Assembly (NCBI RefSeq): GCF_041146345.1
Contig: NW_027191407.1
Span: 310,001-374,000, forward strand
DNA from: Neodothiora populina
Taxonomy: Eukaryota
Direction: 5' to 3'
Length of the DNA: 64,000 bases
Below the pieces are notes generated by a model that was not told the origin of the DNA, ran no database searches, and was given only the letters and a program-made list of their open reading frames with translations. The stretch's first letter is position 1. The number at the start of each line of letters is the position of its first letter. Shown here in pieces: positions 49,706 to 63,087 of this stretch. A program made the translations under genes and the position numbers.

Positions 49706-50573
49706 ATAAATCATTTCAATCCATCCATCCGTCCAGCCATCCATGCATTTGACTATCGTACATACACCTTGTTTTGGGGAACGAACACAGCACGACGAGC
49801 ACGATGCTTGGACGGAACGACAAGATAATCTCTCGAAAAAGAAACCAACAATAATCAGCTTGGAAAGAACGGATCATTGAATACATGGGACTAAACTTCT
49901 TGGATGTTTGCCGGAGAGATTTTTGCATGAAACGGAGACACTCGTTTGGATGAGTGCGGCGACTTGATCTGGACTATATGCATATATCTAGGTCTTGAGA
50001 ATGTCAAAGATCTGTCGTGTATCATGTATACTTGCCGTCTCGATGCCTTTGCGATGTTGATTTATTCTTGGGGAAAAGGCAACCTGCTGCATGCTTGCAT
50101 GCATGTCTTGTAGGAGAGTATAGATGCAGGGAACTGCTTGTTTGGCAATACCTTGCCTTTGCTGCTTTGAACCTCGACTCTTAAGGTTCGCTGGCTGGCT
50201 TTATTCTTGCTCGTTCACTGACTTGCATGTTGTTGATTGCCGGCTTGCTCGCTTACTCACTTCTCGGCGATCATGACTGTTATGAAAGGACCGACTTGCA
50301 ATTCATGTCTTGTATTCCCATGCATTGCTGCTGATACTGCTAGTACTGCTGGTACTGCCGGTGCCGATGCGGCAGAGCGTATATCCCTTTAGAATGCTAC
50401 TACTACTTCCAGTTTGCCGGCTCGCTATACTCTGGGGATGCTACTGCTACGATAATGATGAATAATGCTGATGATACTCTGCTCCACTCGAGTCCACTCC
50501 AATGCACTACACTACAACTCCAACAACTCGACTCGGAATCGGCCTAGCCTGGCCTAAAGCTACTTACTGTAGC

Positions 50574-50891
50574 TCATATCTTTCTCCTGAGATCAAACTT
50601 CTTAGTCGTCGTTGCTGCCGGCAGCTGTTCGCAGAACCTGTCTCGATCTAGAAGGAAAAACCAAATCAGCAGAATCCCATTCATTGGTTGGCAAGATAAA
50701 CAGGGGAAAACAGAAAGGGGAAAAAGAAAAAAGAAAAACACTCACCATCTTCTCTCTCGAACCCAATCGTGATATCATCGTGTTCCTCGGCATACTCGAG
50801 CCCCTCGACATTGACGAACCTACGCTTGACGCCCTTGGGCCAGCCGGCGGCGTCCAAGCATTCTTCTTCGTCATGGTGATCTGATCCACCT

Positions 50892-50926
<35 letters not shown>

Positions 50927-53900
50927 ATCGTGGTCTTTATCTTTCTCTTTCTTCGGCAGTGTGAACTTGGCGTCTACGAGCTTGACGCAGTACTTGGCGC
51001 CTTTTTCGCCCTTGGCCTTTTCGAACACGTCCGACGGCTTGACTTGGAAAATGAGCGCGTCCGCGTAGCTGTAGTCCTCGAAGAACGCGGCGATTTGCGT
51101 CACGGCGCCTTGCGTGAGCACTTGCAGCCGCACGTGGTTCGTTTCGAGTTTCTTGTAGATTGGCACGACCATTCTTCGTCGAGCGATGGCGAACAGAGAC
51201 ACGCTTGAGTCGAAGCGGACGGTGTGTTTTGTCAGCGCCGTCTGGAAGGTGTGGAGCTCGGTTATCGACGAGAAGGTTATGGAGCGGACTGTTGGCTTTG
51301 TCGTGACGAGGCGCATAAGCTCGGATAGGTCTTGTGGGAGCTGGGGTGGACATCTGCGTGTGTCGACGGAGATCGTCATGTCTTCTTGAGGTGCTCGCAG
51401 GATTTGCAGCGTGGTTGGTTGCTGGACCGGCAATCGGATCAGGAGTTCACCAGGACCTAGTCATGACTGTCAGCAAATTCGAGAGGTAACAAAAAAGAAA
51501 ATGTCACGTACCTAGGTTCATTCGATCCGTCACTCCGCCAAGTCCGTGGTTCGCCACAATTCTCAGACTATCGGAAAGCACGGTATCGCCAGACTCTTGC
51601 CCATTCGCTGTGGGAGTATTGATCACTCGTGCCGCATCCCATCTCAAAGACTCTAGTGCACCGCCTCCTGGTAAGATGCTGCCGGGGGTGCTTGCTGACG
51701 CTGGCTCGATAGTGCAGCTCTTCAACAATGCTTTGCCAACGACAGCCTCATTCGGGTTCACGATGCTGTCATTCAACACATCATAGAGCTGTTGTCGATC
51801 GCCACCGCGACTGAAGAACAACAAAGCCTTGCACGACCGCTTGGGCTCTCGGACCCGGATCACCAACGCCGGAGCTTCTTTAGCTGCCGGGTTACCCAAT
51901 ACTTCGAAGAGCAACGGTGAGTGTGCGTACAGCTCATGGTTGACACTGCTGAGCGTTTTGTTGACCGGGTTCGTCAATAGCAGCAGGCGGAAGCCTTTGT
52001 GGATTCTCTTCGACCCAGTGCCCTCTCGATGTGTGGTAGATTTCTCGAAGATGAATGCGCTGCAGCTCCTCACACGATCTCTGGGGAAGGCATGAGGATT
52101 CGACGAATCCACATACTGCAACTCCGTCAACCCGACTTTATGCACTAATCTCTCGTCGGTCTTTGGCTTCAGGCTCCCCTCGATATTCCTCGTGTACTCG
52201 ACCATATTCCATAGCCCACGGAAATCACTTTCCTGAAACTCGATGCTGAGGTTGAACCCGCGTGGTAGCCGTACGTAGATACCGTGTGAGCGTGCTTTCC
52301 ATGAAACATCGTGCCACGTCGGTCCCTTGTTGTATCCTCCATCCCCAGGTTTCACATGCACATTGACGAGGTCGATCTGACTGGAGATAACAATAGTAGG
52401 CTGGAAATCGGTCTTCGCACGCATCATTGTGAGTATACAGGGCAGTACCACTCGGTCCGTTTCCGCTTCATCAGTGTTTATGGATACACTGACGAACATT
52501 CTGTTGTAGAAGAAAAAGCTTTTGTCGTCGCCCGCCGGAAGTGCTTCAACTGGCTCGGTCTCAGGGATGTCCTCAATCATCAGAGATGTCGAACCGCGAA
52601 GCAGTGATGCTGCGTCTGGCGCGAATCTTGGGTAGTGAATCCAGATGGTAGTGTCCTGTCCCTGTATAAGAGATTGGCGTGGAGGCATGACCTTATTCCG
52701 AGCCATGGACAGCATCAAAGAGCGCAGATGAGAGCGTGTCTCATCAATTTCTCGTTCGAGGTGTCTCGTCCCCGAAGCAGCTTCGCTGGCAGGCGAGTAA
52801 ATGTCATCCAGAGGATCGGATAGAATCCACCAGGTCTTGGCGACGTCAACATGAGCTTGAGTGAGCAACTCTCTGCGCTTACCGTCTGGTCCGCGCGGCA
52901 CATTCCTGACAACCTGGCCAAGTCCAGCTCGGCCTTTATGTAACCACCAAATGGCAGCCCGGAGCCACTGACGCGGTGTCACAGATGCCATGGGATGCTC
53001 GCGCTCGGCGGTAAGACGGAAGACTCCCCTCATATGTGCGACACGACAGTCAAAGTCCGAGTACGCAAGATATTCTGCGGAATCTTTCTGCGCATTGGTC
53101 GGCGAGAAAGTGGCGTATTGAGAGTTTCTTGAAGACGATCTCGTATGCTGATGAGGGTCAGAAGGTGCTCGGGGCGAGTCAGCATGTGGAGGAGAGGGCG
53201 ATGGGGCGTGAGACATCGCCGGTGACTTCTCATATGGCAAGGCAGGTGAAGCAGCATGAGACATTGCTGGTGATCTGGGTTGGGGTATCGAGGGTGACAC
53301 TGCGGGTAACATGGCGGGGGACGACGCAGGTGGCAGATATGGTGAGGAAGCATCTGTTGGAGGCGTGCCATGAGCGGGTGGTGCAGGAAAATAGCCTTCC
53401 ATAGGCGCATGGTTTGGTGTAGGTGTGATGCCTTGGGTGATGCTATGTGACATCGCAGTGGGTTGCAGATGATCTAAACTTGGGAGGCCCCTATTGATCG
53501 GTAGAGGTGCGGTGGGGGAGCTAGGAGACAAGAGGGTGGAGGGTGCCACGGCGTCAGAGAGCGCTCGTGATCGAACCTGCTGCTGTTTGAAGTAGTCTGG
53601 TGGAGATAGAAGATTGTCTATATGGTTTTGAGGCGTTTCATAAGAAGTGTCGATTCTGGACATGCCAATCTGCGCAATGCGCATGAGCGGACTGCGAGAG
53701 TCTGTCGAGATCGACAGTGGTGGCAGAGATGGAGCAGTATCGATGCTATGCAGGCTTGGTCGTGTGGTTCCGGCCGAGTTTCGCACCGGTGGTGTATCAC
53801 GACTGGCGAGGCTAGGTTCTCTCTCAGGTGACATAAAGCCTTCTGCCAGCGCCTGGTACTCCTGCGCGGCTTTCAATGCTGGCTGATCGGGTGAGAATGG

Positions 53901-54977
53901 AGCTCGAGGTGGAGAAGAGCCCGTATCATTACTGGATACACTTCTAAGATCTTCGAGGTCTTCATCGTTGATAATCTGGCGAGAAACGCGACGGAAGGTT
54001 CGTCCCTCGGCATCCAGACGATTTTGTGCTTTCTCCACAAACAGTTTCGATGGGGAGTTTCGCGGAGCGTCTGGGGAAGAATTGGGTGGCGAGGTAGGGG
54101 ACGAATATTGAGGGGGGGGTGTCACGATCTGAGGAGGAGTGTAGGACGCCTTCTCTCGAGCGGATTCCTCTTTTGAGGGGGTTCCAAAGGCAAGGATATT
54201 CTTCGGTAGATGAGGCACAGCAGGAGAGTCAGTAGACGGAGTTTCTGGAGGACAATCGTCTTCCGAGGTGAAAGTAGTGGGGGCGCGCTTCAGCATGCCA
54301 GGCCGCGGCTCAGGTGGGTCATGATGATTTTCGTGTCCATGGCTGGTTTGCTCCAATGGCAGAGGTTGAGGTTGTGGAGGCTTATGTTGTGTCTGGTATG
54401 AAGTCTCGCCGACAGAAGTGGCAGCACGATGCATATCAGGCCTGGCGTAAGGATCCCGAGGTTGAGGACTAAAGGGATGATTTTGATTCTGCCGTAGATC
54501 AGGTCTCGCATTGTCAGAAGGTGCATGATTCCCGGCGTGTGAGCTCGGAGGACGTTGATCTGAGAAGTATCTTGGCTGCCTGGCCTTCCTTCTCGAAACC
54601 TCAATGACAGGAGTCTCTGTCTCGTCTCCCCCCTCTCCAATGATCTCAGGCACGCTCTTGACAAATGCTACGGCGAGATTCTTCCTCCTCTTCGGCTTTC
54701 CGTTGAACAGAAAGCCGCTGGACTTGTCCGTCCCTCCTGTCGCATTTTTTATGTCTTTGGCGTCTGGCCATTGATGTGTCAAGGAGACATCGATACGCGG
54801 GGCTGACGAAGCGTATTGTTTGTCGCTAGTGGTCGAGTATTTGTCCGTGGATGGTTTGAGAAAGTCAACAACATCTTCATTGAGTTTGAAGTGTCCCTTG
54901 TTGGACTTGTCTTTGGACAACAGCTTGCCCCATTTGGACTTCAGCTTTGTTTTTGACGTCGTCGCCTCATCTGCCAT
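50574..54977 (-). CDS. Large conserved fungal hypothetical protein (Pro/Ser-rich N-half, globular C-half), 3 exons
   Basis: 1157-aa and 250-aa ORFs joined by GT-AG introns (about 51512-51457 and 50746-50648); last exon ends TTTKKFDLRRKI*; poly-Gly from (GGC)n at about 50885-50927. Confidence 0.8.
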
Positions 54978-57694
54978 GAAGGGCTTATACTGTTATACAA
55001 GGAGAGTTTGGGATGTGATGGCGGTGATTGGGTGTTGATTGCACGAACAGTAATTTGTGGGGTAAAGGGACCAGTTAGCGGGATGCTTTGTTTATCCACC
55101 GAAACTGTAAATGAATGGTGCTGACGAGGGGAACGAAAGGTCCACTTTCATGACATGACTTGATGCCGGGATGTGAAGCAAGGCGCAGAAGGCAGAATCC
55201 GCTTTTGGGGGTTTGGTTCGATCACTCGACTTGTCTTCTCAGTAGAGATGATCAACTGAAACGTTGACATTCAGAAGCGCGGATCGGGGATGACGAAGAC
55301 GGCGTTGGTTGGAGTATCACGACGTGGTCATTGCAACAAACAGCGCAGCCGCCAGTTGCGACGTAAGAATTAAAGAAGGCAGGTCACTCTCAAGGCACGA
55401 TGCAGATACGATGCCATATGATGCGATACGATATACCTGTGGGTAGTGAGAGCCACTTGTTCACAATCACTCGCCAAACACCAGGGTACCTTACTCGCCA
55501 AGCGACGAAGGAATAAATTAAGCATTTAAACTCCATGTACGAGCCCTTTATCATTACCGAGACATGTGGGAGAAGACCGGTACTGACAGCGAGGTGTCGA
55601 CGGGTCAACCATCTTGAAATGGAGATCTGTGGATTGGTGTCCTTGCTCTCACTGCATCTGCACAATCAAGGTAGGCTCCATGAGACCTGCCGGTAGTTGT
55701 TATCCATATCTTTGTTTTGGCTTTCCATTCTCAAACGAAAGGCGTTGGCAAGCTCGTCGGACCCTGGATCGAGCTACGACCTGCCATTCGTCACCACAGG
55801 CGCGTGCGTTGCAAACAATTGTATGGCAGCATCCCGCTGATAATAATCTCTCTCGAGGCAATTTCATTTATTGTATACAGCATATCAGCGTTTTATGATG
55901 CACGTAGTCTATTGTTGGCCGAAACGTTCGTATCGCCATCGCCCTAATTGGATCATCGCACATTGGCTTTTTCGAGTCCTGACACAAGCATTTTCGCAGT
56001 GTGGCTATTTTGCCTTGCTCGTCTTGTTCTTGGATCAGCGGCAGCACGTCGCATCCGCGCACCTGAGTAGAATTGAAGTTGGTGAAACACAACACCTTGC
56101 GATGAATCCAGTGTCACGGACATAGACGTAGTGTGGAGGGCAGACCTAACAGAAACAACTCTACTGTACAACACAAGCCTTACAGCTCACTCATGACTCT
56201 TCGCCAGCCAACCAACCACATACTGTGCCCTGCGCAATATAGAAAGAACGAAAACATCTAATGCCCTTGCGAGCGAGCAAGCACCAACAATCTTCAGATC
56301 AAGACTTTCTGGAGCACACCAACCCGGGCCCGCGGCGGCACCCCTTATTCCTTTGCTAGTCGATGATGATCGACCCGGACCCGGCGTGAACGCGAAATTT
56401 CGTCGGGCATGTATGGATAGCTTGAGTGAGAAATACTGTTTGTTGTGAGGGTAAACAGTGCTGTATGCATGGCGTTTGCAATGAGCGCCATAGAGAAAAG
56501 AAGATGCACCATGATATCAAGGTTCAGAGCTCGCGCTCTCTTTCCCTTTGTTGCATCGCACTTCGATATGTGTGAGAAGCACACACCTGACGCGGTCGAA
56601 TTTCCAAACTGTAAATGTAATTACCAGCGGTTCACTACTGCAGCGTGAATGCCGTCGTTTTTTTTTCTCACATATAGACCACTACTCCGTTTCACGAGAC
56701 CCAAAGGTGCCACACAGATTTGCAGCCCTTGTGTTTCGCGTGGGACAGACAGACTATCGACCTAGACTCCATAGGTTCTCAGAGATGAGACGCTCGCGAG
56801 TGTTTTGATAGATGGGGTGAAATGTGAAATAACATGAGAAGTGGACTAACACGATGATATAGTAGCCTGCATCTGCGCTCGTAGGCGCATACCATGCGTG
56901 CTATCTATGTACAAACCAGTAGCACTGGGCAGAGAAGAGCCCAGCAATATAAAGCTATGTAGCAGCACCATGTACATACCAGAATCTCGACGATGCAGTC
57001 GACCTCCAGCATACTCAACCGTCGAGTGAAATGCTAATCACAGTGACTGCGAGAATCCTTGGCGTTTGTTATTGATATACTGTATGCACTGCATCGAAGC
57101 TGTATGATTGTAGAGAGGGAGGGCTCCGTCAAACTCGTGAAGCTTCGATCGAGGGCGACCCTGTCTTTGGTCCTTGATCGTGTTCATTTGTTTTTCTCTT
57201 GACCGCAACGGGACTGTGCAGATATCAATCGAAAGGTGTTTGTCGAGGCAAGACATGTGGCTTTATGTATGATGCTATGCAGCTAAATGCTTTAGTCTTC
57301 TCGCCGAAGTTGTTAGGGCGATGATGTTGAACGAGGACCTACGTGCTCAGCGCCGGTGCTGTCCTCGTCAAATTCCGTGTCGACACATGAATTATATAGC
57401 ACACTGCTAAGGTTACCTTACACATGTTCATCGCAAGTATGTTACATCTCCCTCAGCACTCGCAAAATTGGCGCGATGCATCACGAAGAACAGGAAAAGC
57501 AACAGAGAGGCGAACAAGTTGGAGGAAGCAGGGCTTTCATATTTTTTCAATATTCGATCCACTCAAAGACGCTTTTATGGAAATATAAGCCGCTACCAGC
57601 CTCCATTGGATGAAACTGTCATATCTCATATGCAATGTCCCCCAAAGCTGCCGTCCGACCCAGATTATTCTAGTGCAAAATTGTATGGATGCGC

Positions 57695-58605
57695 TTAGTT
57701 GACACCAGCGGCAGTGATGGTGGGAGGAGTGCCCTTGTTCTTGATGGCACCGGAAGACGAGCCACAAGCCTCAATGGACTTGACGACGCTGATGGAGGCA
57801 GTGTCGCCAGGGACGACCTGTCCGAAAACGACGTGGCGACCGTCCAACCAGCTGGTGACGACGGTGGTAACGAAGAACTGAGAGCCGTTGCTATAAGAAA
57901 ATGTAATCAGTATATGACATGCCAACGAGCAGCGAGAGCAGCAACTTACGTGTTAGGACCAGCGTTGGCCATGGACAGGAGGAAAGGCTTGTTGTGGGTG
58001 AGCTTGAAGTTCTCGTCGGCGAACTTCTCACCGTAGATGGACTTGCCACCAGTGCCCTGATAGAAAATAACAAATGTCAGTGAAGGGCCTTTTTATTGAG
58101 ATTTTACAATGAAAGACAACCACTCACGTTGCCACGGGTGAAGTCACCACCCTGGAGCATGAACTCGGGGATGACGCGATGGAACTTGGACCCAGAGTAG
58201 CCGAATCCCTTCTCGCCAGTGCAGAGAGCGCGGAAGTTCTCGACGGTCTTGGGGACTACATCGTCGAAGAGCTCGAAGTTGATGCGGCCAGAGCGCTCTG
58301 TGATGACATTGTCAGTCCATGTGCAAATTAATCCGTGTGGAGCTTGGCTGCAGAGCTGTAAGCTGCTGCTGCTGCTGCTGCATCATTCACTCACCCTTGA
58401 TGGCGTCGTCGCTGGAGGTCTTGCGGCCAGAAGCGTCAACGTTGATCTGGGGACCAGTCCAGGTGCAGTCAAAGTAACACTTGATAGTCATATTGGCGTT
58501 TGTGGAATGGAAAGATCTGATGGGAGAAGTGCGGAGTTGTTGAACAAGAGATGGCTTGAAGGTAGAGGTGATGGGGGTTGAGAGAGATTTTCGGAAACAG
58601 TTCAT
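57695..58605 (-). CDS. CPR1: Cyclophilin A-type peptidyl-prolyl isomerase with optional mitochondrial presequence, 4 exons
   Basis: [55 protein letters not shown] and [10 protein letters not shown]; in-frame ATGs at 58605 and 58491. Confidence 0.95.
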
Positions 58606-59933
58606 GGTTGAAGAAAGTGGGGTGGTGAGGGGCACTGCTGGCTGGTCCCTTTCGTCAGCCGAGCTCGGGCACGTCACTACGACAACTGTCCCATTAATAT
58701 TGTGCATCCACAGTTTGTACTTGTACCCGTAGTGCACCCTGGGCCACCCTCTCAAAACAGGCCGTGCACGCCAGGATGGGCTGTGGATGTGGTGGAATGA
58801 CAGTGCAGCGATAGATTGGGGGAGAGGCGATTGATTCGCCATGCCAAGTCAGGAGGCAATCCACTCGAGAGCAAGAATCGATTCGGCGGGAGCTGATAGA
58901 TACCTAGGCAGGTAAGGTAGCAGATGGCTTGCAGTGGAAACGACACTCCAGTGCTTCCATTTTCCCAGCCAGCTTCAGCTTCAGCTCCAGCTTCACACCT
59001 CCTCCCAAACACATGGCGTGGCGAATCTCACCTTCCTTTGCTCTCTCTCGCGGAAAAAGGCTGGGGACTTCACTCACCGCTATTGTACAGGGGGGCTGAT
59101 TGGAGCTGTGTAAGGCTCGTTAGACTTCATTCAACCGCATTGGCGTCCATGGACGCTCGCATACCTTTTGGATCGAAGGGAATGGTATAGTACAACGTAC
59201 TGGAGCTCGAGAAAGCTTTAGAAGTTCTGTTTCCACAGGTAATAAAGAGCAATGATCGTTTTTAGACTGACGGTGCTTCTCGCTGTTCGACGGGACGACG
59301 ATTTTTCTACTAGAGCTCGAGTGTCCCTGGAGCTGGAGCTTAGACCCATCTCTCGGCTTGGTCAGAATTCGTGGCTCGAGGTCGTCATAGAATGATTCTC
59401 GTGTGCTTCTTTTGTTTCTGGGGCATTCACGGTCACAACAGCAAGGCACAATCGCCGTTCGGATACGTCTACGGAGATCGTGGCCTGTATGGTAAGATCT
59501 GTGATAGTGCCTTGATAGATATAGCCTCCTATCTGTGTATCGTAGCTGTGCTGCAACAATCTGACGCAGAGAGCGGCACAATCTACCTTACCTATACATA
59601 AACACGTGAAAGGGCGCTACTATAGTCTGCGACTTTACCACTTGCGCAATATTCTAGCCTACTTAATGATCATAAATATGTATATATGATATGGGCTGAG
59701 GCTGCAGCGCTCGATGTAGAAGCTCTTGTACCTCGAGAGATTACTGCAATGAGCTGTTCGAGTAATTACCTTGGACACTGACTCCGAACAGTGGCTGGCC
59801 CCTTCTCGTGATTGTTTGTCTTGTTTGCAACGGTATAATCGGCAACGGCATCTCCAGTCAACCCAACCTTGACCTGGCCATAAGCCCAAAACAACACCCC
59901 CGACACAATATCCCAGCATTGAGACAAGGCATC

Positions 59934-61769
59934 ATGAATTTCGACAGCCTGAAGGAGCAGGTGGCCAATCTGTCGCTCTACGACATCAAGGCCGGTGTGC
60001 GTAAAGTACAAAATGGTATATAGGGGTGCCAGCACTGCGTGTCGCGACCCAGACTGATGCCTTTATAGCTGTCATGAACTATACCGAGATGGAATCCAAG
60101 GTCAGCTACTCGCACTTGAGTCTCGGTACATAAAGCACCCCCTTACACTGTATCAGGTCCGAGAAGCAACAAACAACGAACCCTGGGGAGCATCATCTAC
60201 AATGATGCAGGACATCGCAAATGGCACCTTTAACTAGTACGCATCCCACAACAACGTCAATTGAAGCCCTCCCACACAGCGTCTGACGGAACCTATAGCC
60301 AACTACTTAACGAAATCATGCCAATGATCTACAAGCGCTTCACGGAGAAGTCGGCCGAGGAATGGCGACAGATCTACAAGGTCGGTATGACGACTTGAAA
60401 GGGACTTGCAGCATCTGACAGCCCACAGGCTCTTCAACTCCTTGAGTTTCTCATCAAGAACGGTTCTGAGCGCGTGATTGACGATGTTCGATCACACCTG
60501 GCCCTCATCAAGATGCTTCGCCAATTCCACTACATCGACCCCAACGGCAAAGATCAAGGAATAAACGTCCGCAACAGGTCGAAGGAGCTTACCGATCTGC
60601 TCAGCGATGTCGAGAGAATCAGAGCAGAGCGCAAGAAGGCCAGAGCGAACAAGAAGAAATACGGCGGTGTCGAAGGCGGTGCTGGGCTCAGCGGTGGCAT
60701 GTCTTCTGGATCCTCCAGCAGATATGGCGGCTTTGGGAGCGAAAGTGCTACCTACGGTGGCTCCACCAGGCAGGTCTACGGTGACGGCGGCGGCTTTGGT
60801 GGAGAGGGAGAGGACTATGACGAGGGTTACGGCGGTGCCTCTTCGAGCAGCAGAAGCAGGGAGAGATACGAAGAATATGACGAGTACGATGAAGGCGCAG
60901 TCGCCGCACCTGGGAGAAGGAAAGCCGACGTCGCCAGATCGACCTCGACAAAGGCAGCAGCAAAGAAGCCAGAGCCACCGAAACCGAAGGAGCCTGAGAT
61001 TGACCTCTTCGACTTTGGAGATGATGAACCCGCAACCATCTCGACCCCACCTGTCCCTGCCACCTCAAACACGTCAAACGGCAAGGCCCCTGCCAATGGC
61101 GACTTTGGCCTGCTGCAATCTGGCGGTGCAGATGATGACGACTTTGACGACTTCCAATCTGCAGCTCCTGCCACGGCACCCGCTGCGCCTCTCGCGCAAG
61201 CTGCCCCAAAGCCCAACTACAGTTCCCTACCTCCACCGATATCTACAAACATGAACACACAATTTGCTGCACCCCAGCCTCAGCAATTCAACCGAGATGC
61301 ATTCAGCAGCATCATCTCTACAACATCCCCAATCACAAGCGCGTCATCGACCCCTGCACCGGGAATGTCTTCCATGATGTCTCCCACAATGTCACCTGCA
61401 TTGGGCCACCAGTCGCGACCCTCGGGATACCAGGCCACCCAGCCAAACTACTTCCAGTCAGTGACCGTACAGCCCACGCAATCACAGCCGACCTCAGCAG
61501 CAGCCAGTCCTGGCTTCAAGTCACCTGTGGGCGCAAGTGCATCGAAGCCCGCTGCGGGTGGCGACGCATTTGCTTCCCTTCTGGGCGGCATCACCAAGAA
61601 GACGACACCTGCGCCAGCCAACAAGGGCTTGACCATGGCCGACATGGCCAAGCAGAAAGCCAGTGCCGGTATCTGGGGCAACACAGGTACCTCTACCGTT
61701 TCCTCGCCAGCTGCCTCAGCTCCACAAGGTCGCAAGACTGGCGGGGCTATGGATGACCTACTTGGCTAA
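59934..61769 (+). CDS. ENT3: ENTH-domain epsin-like adaptor Ent3
   Basis: LYDIKAGVRKVQNAVMNYTEMESKVREATNNEPWGAS, EWRQIYKALQLLEFL, GKDQGINVRNR; DLFDF and DDFDDF motifs; four short introns. Confidence 0.93.
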
Positions 61770-62176
61770 GCTTGCGTTGTGGTAGATATGATAAATACGG
61801 TCAATGTTTTTGTAGTATTAGTAATCCAAAAGGCGTGTTCTTTTCAGCGGAAGCAACTGTGTTCCTCCTGTGATTGCTTCTATGGAAGACATCATCTATT
61901 GTTCTGGCAGCGACAGCACTATCACCTACCAGATTCACCATTCTTGGCGCATTCGACCTCAATAAGAACGGCGTTACGAAGAGAAGTTCGACCGACGCCA
62001 AGACTTCACGTCGACGCTCGGACACTTTATTGTCTTGGCGGGCACACACTCCAGCCGAAATGTGGCATCGCGGCCAAAATCGAATCTTCGACCGCGACCA
62101 CTTTTCTCGACATCCAGCGACGAAGCGACCCCTTGTCAATTTATCCCTTTAACGCCAACCAAACAGATCAGTCAAA

Positions 62177-63087
62177 ATGGGCAGAGGGTGCGTACATTCC
62201 CGGAGACTCCTGCAAGAGATGGATGGTCGGAGGCGATGAGAACTTCAAGGCAGAAAAAACCATTGTGGAATGGATGAAAAGCTGGATGAGGAGGCCATCA
62301 AAAGAGAAAAGAAAGACGCAGGCTGCTGACACGAGTATCTCTATACAGACGTGGATCCACTTCCGGTAACAAGCTGAGGATGACCCTCGGTCTCCCTGTG
62401 TACGTTTTTATCCAATCTCAAAGTCGAGGACACCCGCGAGCCGCATACCGCACAAACACACACCCTTTCGATCGATAGACACTTCCCGCGCACGACTGTC
62501 CACACATCTGCGACTCGCTCCTTTTTGCACGAACTCACCAGCTAACGAACAACCTCTACAGCGGTGCCGTCATGAACTGCGCCGACAACTCCGGAGCCCG
62601 TAACCTCTACATCATCTCCGTCAAGGGATTCGGTGCCCGTCTTAACCGTCTCCCCGCCGGTGGTGTCGGTGACATGGTCATGGCCACTGTCAAGAAGGGA
62701 AAGCCTGAGCTCAGGAAGAAGGTCATGCCTGCCGTCATTGTCCGTCAATCCAAGCCCTGGAGACGCGCAGACGGTATCTACCTCTACTTCGAGGATAACG
62801 CCGGTGTGGTATGTACATGATCTTTGTGTTTCCAATGGACTTCTGTTGCCCGGGGCAAGATGCAGACCTGCATGGATTATGGAGGGATAGCTATCAGAGT
62901 GCCTGGGCAACGAAAGAACCATATCGCGACATACTAAAAGTCGTCTTCGAGGTCATGCTAATTTCTCCACCAACAGATCGTCAATCCCAAGGGTGAGATG
63001 AAGGGATCCGCCATCACTGGTCCCGTCGGAAAGGAGGCCGCTGAGCTCTGGCCCCGTATCGCCTCCAACTCTGGTGTTGTCATGTAG
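62177..63087 (+). CDS. RPL23: 60S ribosomal protein L23 (uL14), 4 exons
   Basis: [36 protein letters not shown]...[44 protein letters not shown]; introns 62188-62348, 62400-62561 and 62809-62976. Confidence 0.98.

Noticed and set aside
55000..57690. Short ORFs in the 2.7-kb gap between the hypothetical gene and cyclophilin
   Set aside because: All under 100 aa with no motifs or consistent splice model; treated as intergenic.
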